Of a DNA stretch of 64,000 nucleotides, positions 20,027-29,383 are shown in pieces. This stretch comes from an uncultured Pseudomonadota bacterium. Lineage in GTDB: Bacteria; Pseudomonadota; Alphaproteobacteria; Rhizobiales; Xanthobacteraceae. Made by a program: the position numbers and the translations under genes. The notes under the pieces are model-generated. The model ran no database searches, was not told where the DNA came from, and was given only the letters and a program-made list of their open reading frames with translations. Location of the stretch: positions 15,676-79,675 of the forward strand of contig CAVSFN010000003.1 in assembly GCA_963727225.1 (NCBI GenBank), given 5' to 3'. Position 1 is the stretch's first letter. The number at the start of each line of letters is the position of its first letter.

Positions 20027-21613
20027 TTACGCCAGCAGCTTCCGCAACTCCGCCTTGGCCACCTTCTCCAGCGTCGAACGCGGCATCTCATCGACCAAAC
20101 GGATTTCACGCGGCACCTTGAAGTCCGCCAGCGCGCTGCGGCAGGCGGCCATCACCGTGTCGTGCAATTCCGGCGGTGCGTGCGCGACGCCGGCTAGCGG
20201 AATGATGAACACCACCGGCACCTCGTCCAGCATCGGGTGTTTTTTCGCGACCACCGCGGCCTCGCGCACGCCCGGCACCAGGGCGACCACCTGCTCGATC
20301 TCGGAGGCCGCGACATTCTCGCCGCCGACCTTCAGCATGTCCTTGGCGCGGTCGCCGAACCGGATGTAGCCGTGATCGAGCAGTGTGACGCGATCGCCGG
20401 TGATGAAATAGCCATGTTCGTCGAAGCTCTCGCGGGTGGCCTTTTCGTTGTGCAGGTATTCGCTGAACAGCGATAGCCCGGGCACGCCCTTGATCAGGAG
20501 ATTGCCGGTGTCGCCCGGCTGCGTCGGCGCGCCGTCGTCGGCGGTGACGCGGATGGCGTATTCAGCCGCGCTGCGTCCGATCGCCATCGGCATATTGGGC
20601 TGGTCGATTTCGCCGATAATGCCGTGGGTGATGGTTTCGGTCATGCCCCACCAGCCGATGATCTTGACGCCGAATGCGGCGAAGGCCGGCGGATCGCAAA
20701 CCGCCGTGCCCCAGAGCCGGAACGTATGCAGCTTCGGGATATCGCGCTCCAGCAACGCTTTCATGCAGAACGGGATCGTCGAGGTCCAGGTGCAACCATG
20801 CTCGGCGGCGACATTCCAGAACCGGCTGGCGGAGAACCGCGGCTGGATCACGCAAGCAGCGCCGACCCACAGGCTCGCCAGCATCGAATAGGCCAGCGCA
20901 TTGGTATGAAACAGCGGCAGGTAGGTTTGATGCACGTCGCCGGCGTGCAAATCCTGATGCGCCGCGTTGACCTTGGCGCCCCACAGCGCATTGGCGTGGG
21001 TCCACAGCACCGCTTTTGGGCGCGACGTGGTGCCGGAGGTATATTGCACGCTGCACGGCGCCAGCGGATCGCTCGCGCGTCGTGGCCGGTCGGCGCTATC
21101 GGCGAACAGCGACTCGAAGGCGTCGCCGCGCGGCGTGGCAGCACCTTGCGAAGGGCTGGCGCCGGCGTCGTGCGAAATCACCGCAAGCCAGCGCAGGCCC
21201 CGGCAGTTCGCGGCGATCATTTCGGCATAGGCAGGCTGGGTGATCGCGGCAACCGCGCCGCAATGGCCGGCGAAATATTCCATTTCGGCGGGCGCCGAGC
21301 GGGTGTTGGTGGTAACGGCGATCGCGCCGAGTTCGACACAGGCAAACCAGGCCAGCATCGCCTCGACGCAATTGTCGAGATGGATCAGCACGAACTCTCC
21401 GGACTTGACCCCGCGTTTGGCAAGGCCCGCGGCGAGCGCGCCGACCCGATCGTGAAATTCGCCGTAGCGCCAGATCCGCGCCGGCGCATCGAACGGCGCC
21501 CAGATCAGAAACGGATGATCGCGGCGGGTTTCGGCCTGCATCCGCAGCAGCCACGGTACGTCAAGTCCCGCGAATGGCCCGACCACGCCCGGCGCTGCCC
21601 GTGAATTCGACAT
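20027..21613 (-). CDS. AMP-dependent synthetase/ligase (acyl-CoA synthetase family)
   Basis: AMP-binding motif YTSGTTSRPKAVLWTH and GWWGMTE. The C-terminal domain carries a conserved K (LEKVAKAELR). Confidence 0.9.
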   Translation of the reverse strand: MSNSRAAPGVVGPFAGLDVPWLLRMQAETRRDHPFLIWAPFDAPARIWRYGEFHDRVGALAAGLAKRGVKSGEFVLIHLDNCVEAMLAWFACVELGAIAVTTNTRSAPAEMEYFAGHCGAVAAITQPAYAEMIAANCRGLRWLAVISHDAGASPSQGAATPRGDAFESLFADSADRPRRASDPLAPCSVQYTSGTTSRPKAVLWTHANALWGAKVNAAHQDLHAGDVHQTYLPLFHTNALAYSMLASLWVGAACVIQPRFSASRFWNVAAEHGCTWTSTIPFCMKALLERDIPKLHTFRLWGTAVCDPPAFAAFGVKIIGWWGMTETITHGIIGEIDQPNMPMAIGRSAAEYAIRVTADDGAPTQPGDTGNLLIKGVPGLSLFSEYLHNEKATRESFDEHGYFITGDRVTLLDHGYIRFGDRAKDMLKVGGENVAASEIEQVVALVPGVREAAVVAKKHPMLDEVPVVFIIPLAGVAHAPPELHDTVMAACRSALADFKVPREIRLVDEMPRSTLEKVAKAELRKLLA

Positions 21614-21680
21614 TTATCCTCCCGTGCAGCCTTGCTGGCTGCTTTTGCTTGTTCATATCAGGGCGTCGCCGCCACGCCCG

Positions 21681-22100
21681 TCAAGATGCGCCGTCCTGAT
21701 ACGACGAGATTTCGATCAGGCTGCCGTCGGGATCCCTGCAATAGACCGACCGCAACATTCCGCGGGCGCCCTGTCGCGCTACCGGACCTTCCTCGATCGC
21801 CACGCCGTGCGTCTTTAGATGCGCGACCACCTGTTCCGGTGTGGCCGCGGTGAGAAAGCACAGATCGTCACTGCCGGCGGCTTCATGGTTGGCAGTGAAC
21901 CACTCGACCTTGTCCGCGTCGCGCGGCCGCACATTGATCTTCTGGTTGCCGAAGATCAGCGAGGTCCGGGGCGGACTGCCGTTGCCCGGATCAAACATCT
22001 TGATCTCCATGCCGAGAATCTTCCGATACCACTCGGCGGAACGTGCGACATCCGAGACATTGATCACCAGATGATCGAGCGCGTTGACCTTGACAGACAT
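21681..22100 (-). CDS. VOC/glyoxalase-family protein
   Basis: LDHLVINVSDVARSAEWYRKILGM is a typical VOC beta-alpha-beta-beta-beta start. I moved the start to ATG 22100, which has AAGGA upstream. Confidence 0.85.
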   Translation of the reverse strand: MSVKVNALDHLVINVSDVARSAEWYRKILGMEIKMFDPGNGSPPRTSLIFGNQKINVRPRDADKVEWFTANHEAAGSDDLCFLTAATPEQVVAHLKTHGVAIEEGPVARQGARGMLRSVYCRDPDGSLIEISSYQDGAS

Positions 22101-22278
22101 GGATTGTCCTTTCGTCGCGGGCCGATGTGTGGCGTGCCGCATGGGCTGCATCGGGCCCTGGTTGTTACAACGCGAGCCCGCGTCAATTCAACCATACGAA
22201 TGCGGCTGGAAGAACGGACAGACTGGCGGTCGCGCGGGCTTGTTGGCCATGCGGCTTGACTCTGGACCGGCTGCGCCT

Positions 22279-22302
22279 ATACTAAACTGTATGGTTAAGT
22301 AT
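22279..22302. promoter_or_regulatory. Imperfect 24-bp palindrome, candidate ArsR-type operator
   Basis: In ATACTAAACTGTATGGTTAAGTAT the half-sites are ATACTAAAC and ATACTTAACC (reverse complement). It overlaps the arsR-family start codon at 22291. Confidence 0.35.
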
Positions 22303-22740
22303 GTCGATCACGCGCTGGACCGGACATTCGCCGCGCTCGCGGATCCGACGCGCCGCGCACTGCTGGCCCGGCTTGAGGGCCAGCACGGCGTTTCGGTGAG
22401 CGAATTGGCAGAGCCATTTGCCATGTCGCTGCCCGCGATCATGAAGCATCTCGACGTGCTGTCGGATGCCGGACTGATCGCGCGTGCGAAAACCGGCCGA
22501 GTCGTGGCGTGCCGATTGACTGCCGGGCCGATGGAGCAGGCGATGGATTGGCTGAACCGCTACCAGCGCTTTTGGTCCGAAGGCCTCGACCGCCTTGCCG
22601 CTTTTGTGGAGGAAGAAAAATGGCCACCAAATCAAGCGCCGCCGCCGGTCTCGTCGCCCGACCGAGTCTTACCCTCAAACGTCGTCTCAATGCCTCGCCG
22701 GCGAAAGTCTACGCGGCGTGGACCGATCCGGAAAAAATAG
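22291..22740 (+). CDS. ArsR/SmtB-family transcriptional regulator
   Basis: FAALADPTRRALLARL...SVSELAEPFAMSLPAIMKHLDVLSDAGLI is the winged-HTH core. The last ~40 codons (Pro/Arg-rich) overlap the next gene by 121 nt and may not be genuine. Confidence 0.8.
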   Translation: MVKYVDHALDRTFAALADPTRRALLARLEGQHGVSVSELAEPFAMSLPAIMKHLDVLSDAGLIARAKTGRVVACRLTAGPMEQAMDWLNRYQRFWSEGLDRLAAFVEEEKWPPNQAPPPVSSPDRVLPSNVVSMPRRRKSTRRGPIRKK

Positions 22741-23084
22741 CCCGATGGTTCGGGCCCGCACAGGTCGTCGCCGGCTCGGTGCGGGCCGATATCGATGCGC
22801 GGATCGGCGGCCACTACCGGGTCAGCTTCAAGATGCAAGATGGGGAGCATCACGAAGTCGCCGGCGTCTATCGCGAGATGGTGCCGAACCAGAGACTGGC
22901 ATTCAGCTGGGCGTGGCACTCGACGCCGGAACGCGAATCGCAGGTGACGGTCTCGCTGCAGCCGGACGGCGACGGCACGCTGCTGACGCTACATCATGAG
23001 CAACTGTTCGATCAGGCCGCGCGGGACGGCCACGAGAGTGGATGGATCGGCACGCTCGACAAGCTTGAAAAATATCTCGGCTGA
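22620..23084 (+). CDS. SRPBCC/AHSA1-like (Activator of Hsp90 ATPase homologue) domain protein
   Basis: SLTLKRRLNASPAKVYAAWTDPEKIARWFGP...LAFSWAW is typical of the SRPBCC partners of ArsR regulators. The ATG has GGAGGAAG upstream. Confidence 0.85.
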   Translation: MATKSSAAAGLVARPSLTLKRRLNASPAKVYAAWTDPEKIARWFGPAQVVAGSVRADIDARIGGHYRVSFKMQDGEHHEVAGVYREMVPNQRLAFSWAWHSTPERESQVTVSLQPDGDGTLLTLHHEQLFDQAARDGHESGWIGTLDKLEKYLG

Positions 23085-23111
23085 AATGTCTCAAACGCCA
23101 GGGAGCCGGTC

Positions 23112-23849
23112 ATGCAACCGCACCAAATCGTCTCGCGTGAAGAATGGATCGCCGCGCGCAAAGCGCATCTGGCCTACGAGAAGGAATATACGCGGGCGCG
23201 CGACCGGCTAAGCGCCGAGCGGCGGGCGCTGCCCTGGGTCAAGGTCGACAAGAGCTATCTGTTCGATGGACCGGGCGGCCAACAATCTCTGGCCGATCTG
23301 TTCGCCGGGCGAAGTCAGCTCGTGGTCCAGCATTTCATGTTCGCGCCCGACTGGACGGAAGGCTGCAAAAGCTGCTCGTTCTGGGCGGATGGATTCGAGC
23401 GCATGGTCCCCCATCTCGCCGCGCGCGATACCACGCTGGTCGCGATCTCGCGCGCGCCCTTGCCAAAGCTGGAGGCATTCAAAGCGAGGATGGGCTGGAC
23501 CTTCAACTGGCTGTCTTCGGCGGCCGGCGATTTCAATTACGATTACGCCGTTTCATTCACGCCGGAGCAAATCCAGCGCGGCGACAAAGTCTACAATTTC
23601 GGAACCGCCGGTTTCGGGATCGAAGACGCGCCCGGCATCAGCGTGTTTTTTCGCGACAACTCCGGGAACATCTTCCACACTTATTCGTGCTTCGCCCGCG
23701 GACTCGACATGATGAATGCCGCCTACCATTACCTCGATCTGACGCCGATGGGCCGCCACGAAGAGGGCCTGCCATATCCGATGGACTGGGTGCGGCTGCG
23801 CGATCAATACAAGCCGGTCACGGCTACGGCCGCCTGCTGCCAGAACTGA
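23112..23849 (+). CDS. DUF899 thioredoxin-like protein
   Basis: VSREEWIAARKAHLAYEKEYTRARDRLSAERRALPWVKVDKSYLFDGP...CKSCSFWADGF...RMGWTFNWLSS matches the DUF899 pattern as I remember it. Confidence 0.85.
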   Translation: MQPHQIVSREEWIAARKAHLAYEKEYTRARDRLSAERRALPWVKVDKSYLFDGPGGQQSLADLFAGRSQLVVQHFMFAPDWTEGCKSCSFWADGFERMVPHLAARDTTLVAISRAPLPKLEAFKARMGWTFNWLSSAAGDFNYDYAVSFTPEQIQRGDKVYNFGTAGFGIEDAPGISVFFRDNSGNIFHTYSCFARGLDMMNAAYHYLDLTPMGRHEEGLPYPMDWVRLRDQYKPVTATAACCQN

Positions 23850-23870
23850 TCGACCCCGACCAGAGCACGC

Positions 23871-24071
23871 TTACACGGCGGCGGGTGGGGTCTGCTCGCC
23901 TTCGATGGCGCGGTCGATGGCATCGATCAATATTTGGGTCTCGATGAATTTGATCCGCGCCCGCTCCGCCTTGTCGCGGTCGAACGGCGCGGCAAGGGTT
24001 TTTGCGAAGGTGTCGCGGTCGTCGGCCATGCGCTCGCGCGCCTTCTTCAGCGTCTCAAGTCGCTCGTTCAT
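23871..24071 (-). CDS. Small helical hypothetical protein (66 aa)
   Basis: MNERLETLKKARERMADDRDTFAKT... has high third-position G+C. The upstream 49 codons of the track ORF (to 24218) have atypical codon usage, so I prefer the internal ATG. Confidence 0.5.
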   Translation of the reverse strand: MNERLETLKKARERMADDRDTFAKTLAAPFDRDKAERARIKFIETQILIDAIDRAIEGEQTPPAAV

Positions 24072-24584
24072 GTGGACTTCGCTTTCTGTTGGTCGCACGA
24101 ATAATATTTGACCTGGACCTAGACGCTCCAGGCAATCTATGTCGCGGCAGCCGAGAAAGCTTGCTGCCACGGCGTGTTTTTGTTCGCTGGTCCAGCCGGA
24201 CAATGCTGCAATGGCCATTTATTCTGCCTCGAAGGGTCTGCCCTAAACGATACGGCAACCGTTCTCCCGTGTTGCGAGGATCATGGTTGATAGCGTGGCG
24301 ATGGCAAGTGTGAATTGAAGATGCCCCGCGCCAAAGCGAGACGGCACGTGGTCGGGATGGGCCTGATAGCTCAGGTGCCCGGACGGCTTGACCGACCCGC
24401 CTCCCGGTAGCGCCGACGCCTCAGGCATTCTTCCACGCGAATGACCTGCCGAAACCGGCAGACGCTCATGTTTCGCAGCGATGTGCTAGGTTTTCCGACA
24501 TAATCGCATGACCCAATCGACGCCTCGCATGGTTCTGTCAGTCTAGATCAGACGCGGCTCCGGGATGAACAACAGGAACCTAAC

Positions 24585-26219
24585 ATGAAGGGATCAGAGC
24601 TTCTCGTTGCCGCCCTTGAGAATGAGGGTGTCGATCGCATTTTCGGGGTGCCCGGGGAGGAAAACCTCGATGTCGTCGAAAGCCTTCGGCGATCCTCGAT
24701 CGAGCTGGTCGTGACCCGTCATGAGCAGCCGGCAGCCTTCATGGCCGCCACTTATGGCCGGCTCACCGGAAAGCCGGGCGTAGCACTCTCCACGCTTGGT
24801 CCCGGAGCGCTGAACCTCGTCACGGGTGCGGCTTACGGGTTTCTCGGTGGCATGCCGATGGTTCTGATTACCGGCCAGAAGGCGATTCGACAAAGCCGCC
24901 AGGCGCATTTCCAGATCGTTGATGTGGTCGGCGCGATGAGTCCGCTTACCAAGCAGTCACAACAGATCGTGAGCGCATCGAGTATTCCGACCCTCGTCCG
25001 CAATGCCTTTCGCATCGCGACCGAAGAACGCCCGGGCCCGGTTCATCTCGAATTGCCGGAAGACGTTGCTGCGGAGCAGGCAGGCGATGTGCCGCTGGTT
25101 CCGGTGCATGCCGCGGAATCCCCGGTTCCATCGTCGGAAGCGATCAAGCGCGCCTCGGATTTGATCCTGGCCGCCAAATATCCGCTGCTGATGTTCGGAG
25201 CTGGTGCAAGCCGCCCTCAATTGGCGCCGGCGCTTTCCGAATTTGTGCGTCGTGTCCGTATCCCTTTCTTCAATACGCAGATGGGGAAGGGGGCCGTCGG
25301 GGGTGCTTCGGATTTCTATCTTGGTACCGCAGCCTTGAGCGAACGCGATTACGTCCATCAGGCGATCGATCGCGCGGATCTCATCGTGACGATCGGCCAT
25401 GATACGGTTGAGAAGCCGCCGTTCCTGATGGCCCGGGGGCGGCACCAGGTCATCCACATCGGATTCGTGCCGGCGACCGTCGAAGATGTGTATTTTCCGC
25501 AGGCCGAGGTTGTCGGTGACATCGCCAAGGGTCTCGACCAGCTCGCCGGCCAGCTGGAAGGCAAACTGGTCATGAACCCGGACTGGGTGGTTCTGCGCAA
25601 GGATATCCTCGCCCACATCACCGATCGTGCGGAGGAGGATCGCTTCCCTTTGACGCCGCAACGTATTGTGCACGACGTCCGGCAAGTGATGCCGCCTGAC
25701 GGAATCGTGGCGCTCGACAACGGCATGTACAAAATCTGGTTTGCCCGCAACTACCGCACCGATGTCGCCAATACGCTTCTTCTGGACAACGCGCTGGCAA
25801 CGATGGGTGCCGGGTTGCCTTCCGGGATGATGGCGGCGCTGCTGTATCCGAAGCGGCGTGTGCTGGTCGTGGCGGGCGACGGCGGCTTCATGATGAACAG
25901 CCAGGAACTGGAAACCGCACGACGGATGAATCTCAATCTCGTGGTGCTGATCATCGAGGACCACGCCTATGGCATGATCCGGTGGAAGCAGGCGGTCGAT
26001 GGTTTCGCGGACTGGGGTCTGACCTTCGGCAATCCGGACTTTGTCACCTACGCCGCCGCCTATGGCGCGCGCGGACGGCGTGTCACGACGGCATCGGGTT
26101 TGGCGCCGGCGCTGGAAGAGGCGTTTTCCGCCGGCGGCTTGCAGCTGATTGCGGTTCCCATTGACTACAGCGAAAACGTCCGGGTTCTCGTCGAGGAACT
26201 CAGGCACATGCAGAATTAG
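24585..26219 (+). CDS. Acetolactate synthase-like thiamine-diphosphate enzyme (large subunit type)
   Basis: N-terminal GVDRIFGVPGEENLDV...HEQPAAFMA, and the TPP-binding motif GDGGFMMNSQELETARR. Confidence 0.9.
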   Translation: MKGSELLVAALENEGVDRIFGVPGEENLDVVESLRRSSIELVVTRHEQPAAFMAATYGRLTGKPGVALSTLGPGALNLVTGAAYGFLGGMPMVLITGQKAIRQSRQAHFQIVDVVGAMSPLTKQSQQIVSASSIPTLVRNAFRIATEERPGPVHLELPEDVAAEQAGDVPLVPVHAAESPVPSSEAIKRASDLILAAKYPLLMFGAGASRPQLAPALSEFVRRVRIPFFNTQMGKGAVGGASDFYLGTAALSERDYVHQAIDRADLIVTIGHDTVEKPPFLMARGRHQVIHIGFVPATVEDVYFPQAEVVGDIAKGLDQLAGQLEGKLVMNPDWVVLRKDILAHITDRAEEDRFPLTPQRIVHDVRQVMPPDGIVALDNGMYKIWFARNYRTDVANTLLLDNALATMGAGLPSGMMAALLYPKRRVLVVAGDGGFMMNSQELETARRMNLNLVVLIIEDHAYGMIRWKQAVDGFADWGLTFGNPDFVTYAAAYGARGRRVTTASGLAPALEEAFSAGGLQLIAVPIDYSENVRVLVEELRHMQN

Positions 26220-26286
26220 GTAGCTTGCGAATATTCCCGGCTCCGGCTTCAGGCAGCGCCCGCTCGCGTCTGTCGCAAGCCCTCAG

Positions 26287-26536
26287 TCAGGCCACACCAT
26301 GCGCTTTCCTCACGACGGTGACTTCGCGGACGCCATCGAGTTCCTTCAACTTCTGGGGAAACGTCGCGATATCATGCGATGAGACCTTGCTGAGAAGAAT
26401 CACGAGGTCATCGATTCCCTGTGGGTTGCGGTTTTCGGCCAGGAATCGCCAGGATGCGGGAGATCGCTGCCTCCCACCAGAGGGCGATCGCGGGTTGGTC
26501 CAGCGCGATGGAGGTTCGCGGCGTGAGGAATCTCAC
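26287..26536 (-). pseudogene. Possible frameshifted stand-alone Lrp/AsnC ligand-binding-domain gene
   Basis: One frame (from GTG at 26536) gives RFLTPRTSIALDQPAIALWWEAAISRILAIPG and then stops. A second frame continues ENRNPQGIDDLVILLSKVSSHDIATFPQKLKELDGVREVTVVRKAHGVA*. Together they resemble an AsnC_trans_reg domain. This is a weak call. Confidence 0.3.
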
Positions 26537-26559
26537 GCTTGCCGCGGCGGTGCTTGTCG

Positions 26560-26751
26560 CTACCCGTGCTTCCTGATGCAGATCTTCGCGGTTCCCGCAG
26601 TCGCGGTGCACTGCCATTGCGCGCTCAAGGCTGCACTCGCGAATGGTTTCGGGCGGGTCAATTTGACCGAAAGAAAAGCTGCAACGCAGGCTAGCGTCAG
26701 GATGGCGACGATGAGCGCTATCTCTTGGCGGGTCCATAATGTCCAGGTCAT
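26560..26751 (-). CDS. Small single-pass membrane protein (63 aa), hypothetical
   Basis: AGGAG lies 8 nt upstream of the ATG. One hydrophobic helix, IALIVAILTLACVAAFLSV. Confidence 0.4.
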   Translation of the reverse strand: MTWTLWTRQEIALIVAILTLACVAAFLSVKLTRPKPFASAALSAQWQCTATAGTAKICIRKHG

Positions 26752-26940
26752 GGCCTTCACTCCTGTTCTCTTGGTGGGAGAGTAGGAGAAGGCGTTTTGT
26801 CGTTATGTGATAAACATCACAATGCAACTCTGCCGGGCCGGCGTGAGTAGTATTGGCCGAGCGAATTGTGATTGGATCGCAAAAGGCCGGCTTCGTAAAT
26901 CTGGTCTTGCGCGGGGTTCAGCGACGAAGGATATTGGCGA

Positions 26941-29343
26941 TTGACCGACTTCACGGTTCCACCCGGATCGCCCGGCATTCGCCCACGCTGGACCTCCAGT
27001 GCCAAGAGCGCGGTGGGCACGGCTTTGCGAGCCGAAAGCCGGGTCTGGTTCACGATCAGCCACGGCATTCTCAACGAAATCTATGCGCCCCGGCTTGATA
27101 GCGCCTGCGTCAGGGATTTCGGATTCATCGTCACCGCGAAGAACTATTTTTCGGAAGAGAAGCGCGACACGCATCACACGGTCGAGATGATCGAAGACGG
27201 CGTTCCTGCGTTTCGGCTGGTCAGCACCTCGATCGATGGCCGGTACCGGATCTCCAAGACGGTTTTTTCCGATCCGGTTCGCGAGGTCGTCCTGCAGGAG
27301 ATCCACTTTGAAGCGCTGGTCGGTGCGCTATCCGATTATGAAGTCCATGCCATCGTCGCGCCTCATCTGGTGAACGCGGGCGCCGACAACACCGGTTGGT
27401 GCGGCAACTTCAAGGGACACGAGATGCTGTTCGCCGAGGGCAGGGGTACCGCTCTCGCAGTGGCCTCCTCGGTGCCGTGGCTCGCACGCTCGGCCGGCTA
27501 TGTCGGGATTTCCGATGGCTGGCAGACGCTGTCGCGCGGCGAAGGTTTGAGAATTGAGTTTGAACGGGCGGAAAACGGCAATGTCGCTATCGCGGGCACG
27601 CTCGACATCGCCTCGCAAGGCGGGCGAGCCGTTCTGGCGATCGGCTTCGGATCGCTTCCCGAGGAAGCGGGATTGCGCGCGCTTCTGGGTTTGCAGCAAC
27701 CGCTGGAGCCCGCGCTGGAACGTTATTGTGCAGGTTGGCGTCAATATCAGGCCGAACTTCTGCCGCTCGACGAACCCCGTTACGTCGAAGGATTAAATCG
27801 CTATCGCGTCAGCACGGCGGTGCTGGCCACGCATCGGGATGGGACTTCGGGAGCCATTATCGCCAGTCTTTCAATTCCCTGGGGTTTCGCCAAAGGCGAT
27901 GACGATCTCGGTGGCTATCATCTGGTTTGGCCGCGCGACCTCGTTGAAACGGCTGGCGGTCTGTTGGCCGCCGGCCATACGGCTGGGGCGAAGTCCGTGC
28001 TCGACTATCTGGTGGCGATCCAGGAAGCCGATGGACACTGGTCGCAGAATTCATGGCTGGACGGCAGGCCTTATTGGCAGGGCATTCAGATCGACGAAAC
28101 CGGGTTCCCGATTCTGCTCTATGACATGTTGCTGCGAGCCGGCGCGATCGACGCCTCGGATAGGGCGCGTTACGCGGACATGATCCGCGCCGCGGCCGGC
28201 TATATCGTTCGCAACGGACCCACGACAGGACAGGATCGCTGGGAAGAGGATAGCGGCTATTCGGCCTTCACCATCGCGGTCGAAATCTCGGCATTGCTCG
28301 CCGCGGCGGACGCGATGGAAGCTGTTGGCGAGGGGTCCATCGCCCGGTATCTGCGGGAAACGGCGGATGGATGGAACGAGCAGATCGAAGATTGGGCCTA
28401 TGCAAGGGATACCGAACTCTCGCGCAGGCTCGGAGTTGACGGATATTACATGCGCATCGGGTTTTCAGCCGGTGATGCCAATGCGAGGTCGCACGGACTT
28501 ATTCCAATTCGAAACCGGTCGGATGGAAATGCAACGCTTGAAGCGGGCCTTCTGATCAGCCCCGATGCACTGGCGCTGGTGCGGTTCGGCCTTCGCGCCG
28601 CCGACGATCCGCGCATTCTCAACACGGTCAAGGCGATTGACTTCGTGCTCAGGCGCGAACTGCCGGCGGGCTCCTACTGGTATCGTTACAACAATGATGG
28701 CTATGGCGAACATGCCGACGGCGCGCCATTTGATGGCGCGGGAATTGGCCGGCTGTGGCCGCTGCTCACCGGTGAGCGGGCGCATTACGAGTTGGCCGCC
28801 GGGCGGCCTGAGGAAGCGAGGCGCCTGCTTGCAGCGCTTGAGGCCTCTGCCAGCAGCGGCGGCCTGTTACCGGAGCAGATCTGGGATAGCGAAGATATCC
28901 CCCGAAGGGAACTTTTTCTCGGGCGTCCCTCCGGCAGCGCCATGCCGTTGGTCTGGGCGCATGCGGAGCATGTCAAATTGCTGCGATCGATCCGGGATAA
29001 TGCGATCTTCGACATGCCGCCGCAAACCCTCAACCGATATGTGAACAATAAACCGGCGCCGGCGCCGATCGTCTGGCAAATCGCGTCAAAGGTCGCTGGT
29101 ATCGCCGCGGGCCGGGTCTTGCGCCTGGAATTTCCGGATGCGGCGCGGATCCATTGGTCGACGGATAACTGGAAAACGATTTTCGATAGCGACACACTCG
29201 CAACCGGGTTAGGTACGTATATTTGCGACCTGCCGACCGAACGCCTCGCGGCTGAAAATATCGTTCGCTTCACCATCTTCTGGCCAAGGCAGAACAGTTG
29301 GGAAGGCACTGACTTTCAGGTCGAAATCGTCAACGCGCGTTGA
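26941..29343 (+). CDS. Glycoside hydrolase family 15 (bacterial glucoamylase/glucodextranase-like)
   Basis: 800-aa ORF. The N-terminal beta-sandwich region (WFTISHGILNEIYAPRLD) and the (alpha/alpha)6 region (LVWPRDLVETAGGLLAAG, RWEEDSGYS) resemble GH15. TTG start as given in the track. Confidence 0.88.
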   Translation: MTDFTVPPGSPGIRPRWTSSAKSAVGTALRAESRVWFTISHGILNEIYAPRLDSACVRDFGFIVTAKNYFSEEKRDTHHTVEMIEDGVPAFRLVSTSIDGRYRISKTVFSDPVREVVLQEIHFEALVGALSDYEVHAIVAPHLVNAGADNTGWCGNFKGHEMLFAEGRGTALAVASSVPWLARSAGYVGISDGWQTLSRGEGLRIEFERAENGNVAIAGTLDIASQGGRAVLAIGFGSLPEEAGLRALLGLQQPLEPALERYCAGWRQYQAELLPLDEPRYVEGLNRYRVSTAVLATHRDGTSGAIIASLSIPWGFAKGDDDLGGYHLVWPRDLVETAGGLLAAGHTAGAKSVLDYLVAIQEADGHWSQNSWLDGRPYWQGIQIDETGFPILLYDMLLRAGAIDASDRARYADMIRAAAGYIVRNGPTTGQDRWEEDSGYSAFTIAVEISALLAAADAMEAVGEGSIARYLRETADGWNEQIEDWAYARDTELSRRLGVDGYYMRIGFSAGDANARSHGLIPIRNRSDGNATLEAGLLISPDALALVRFGLRAADDPRILNTVKAIDFVLRRELPAGSYWYRYNNDGYGEHADGAPFDGAGIGRLWPLLTGERAHYELAAGRPEEARRLLAALEASASSGGLLPEQIWDSEDIPRRELFLGRPSGSAMPLVWAHAEHVKLLRSIRDNAIFDMPPQTLNRYVNNKPAPAPIVWQIASKVAGIAAGRVLRLEFPDAARIHWSTDNWKTIFDSDTLATGLGTYICDLPTERLAAENIVRFTIFWPRQNSWEGTDFQVEIVNAR

Positions 29344-29383
29344 GCGGAAAGCACCGGAAATTGAGCCAGATGGAACACCGATC

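Noticed and set aside
22084-22290. Upstream 69 codons of the track ORF 22084..22740 as part of the ArsR regulator. Likewise the upstream extensions of track ORFs at 14256, 14390, 18645, 21681-22151, 37665, 41193-42440, 47916-49277, 50170-50958, 52082, 57988 and 60390.
   Set aside because: In each case the family-typical N-terminus begins at an internal ATG, often preceded by a good Shine-Dalgarno sequence. The extension either overlaps the neighbouring gene or the divergent promoter, or is low complexity.
24243-24428. 61-aa minus-strand ORF upstream of the TPP enzyme
   Set aside because: It has no RBS, atypical codon usage and no recognisable motif. It is probably non-coding promoter DNA for the 24585 gene.
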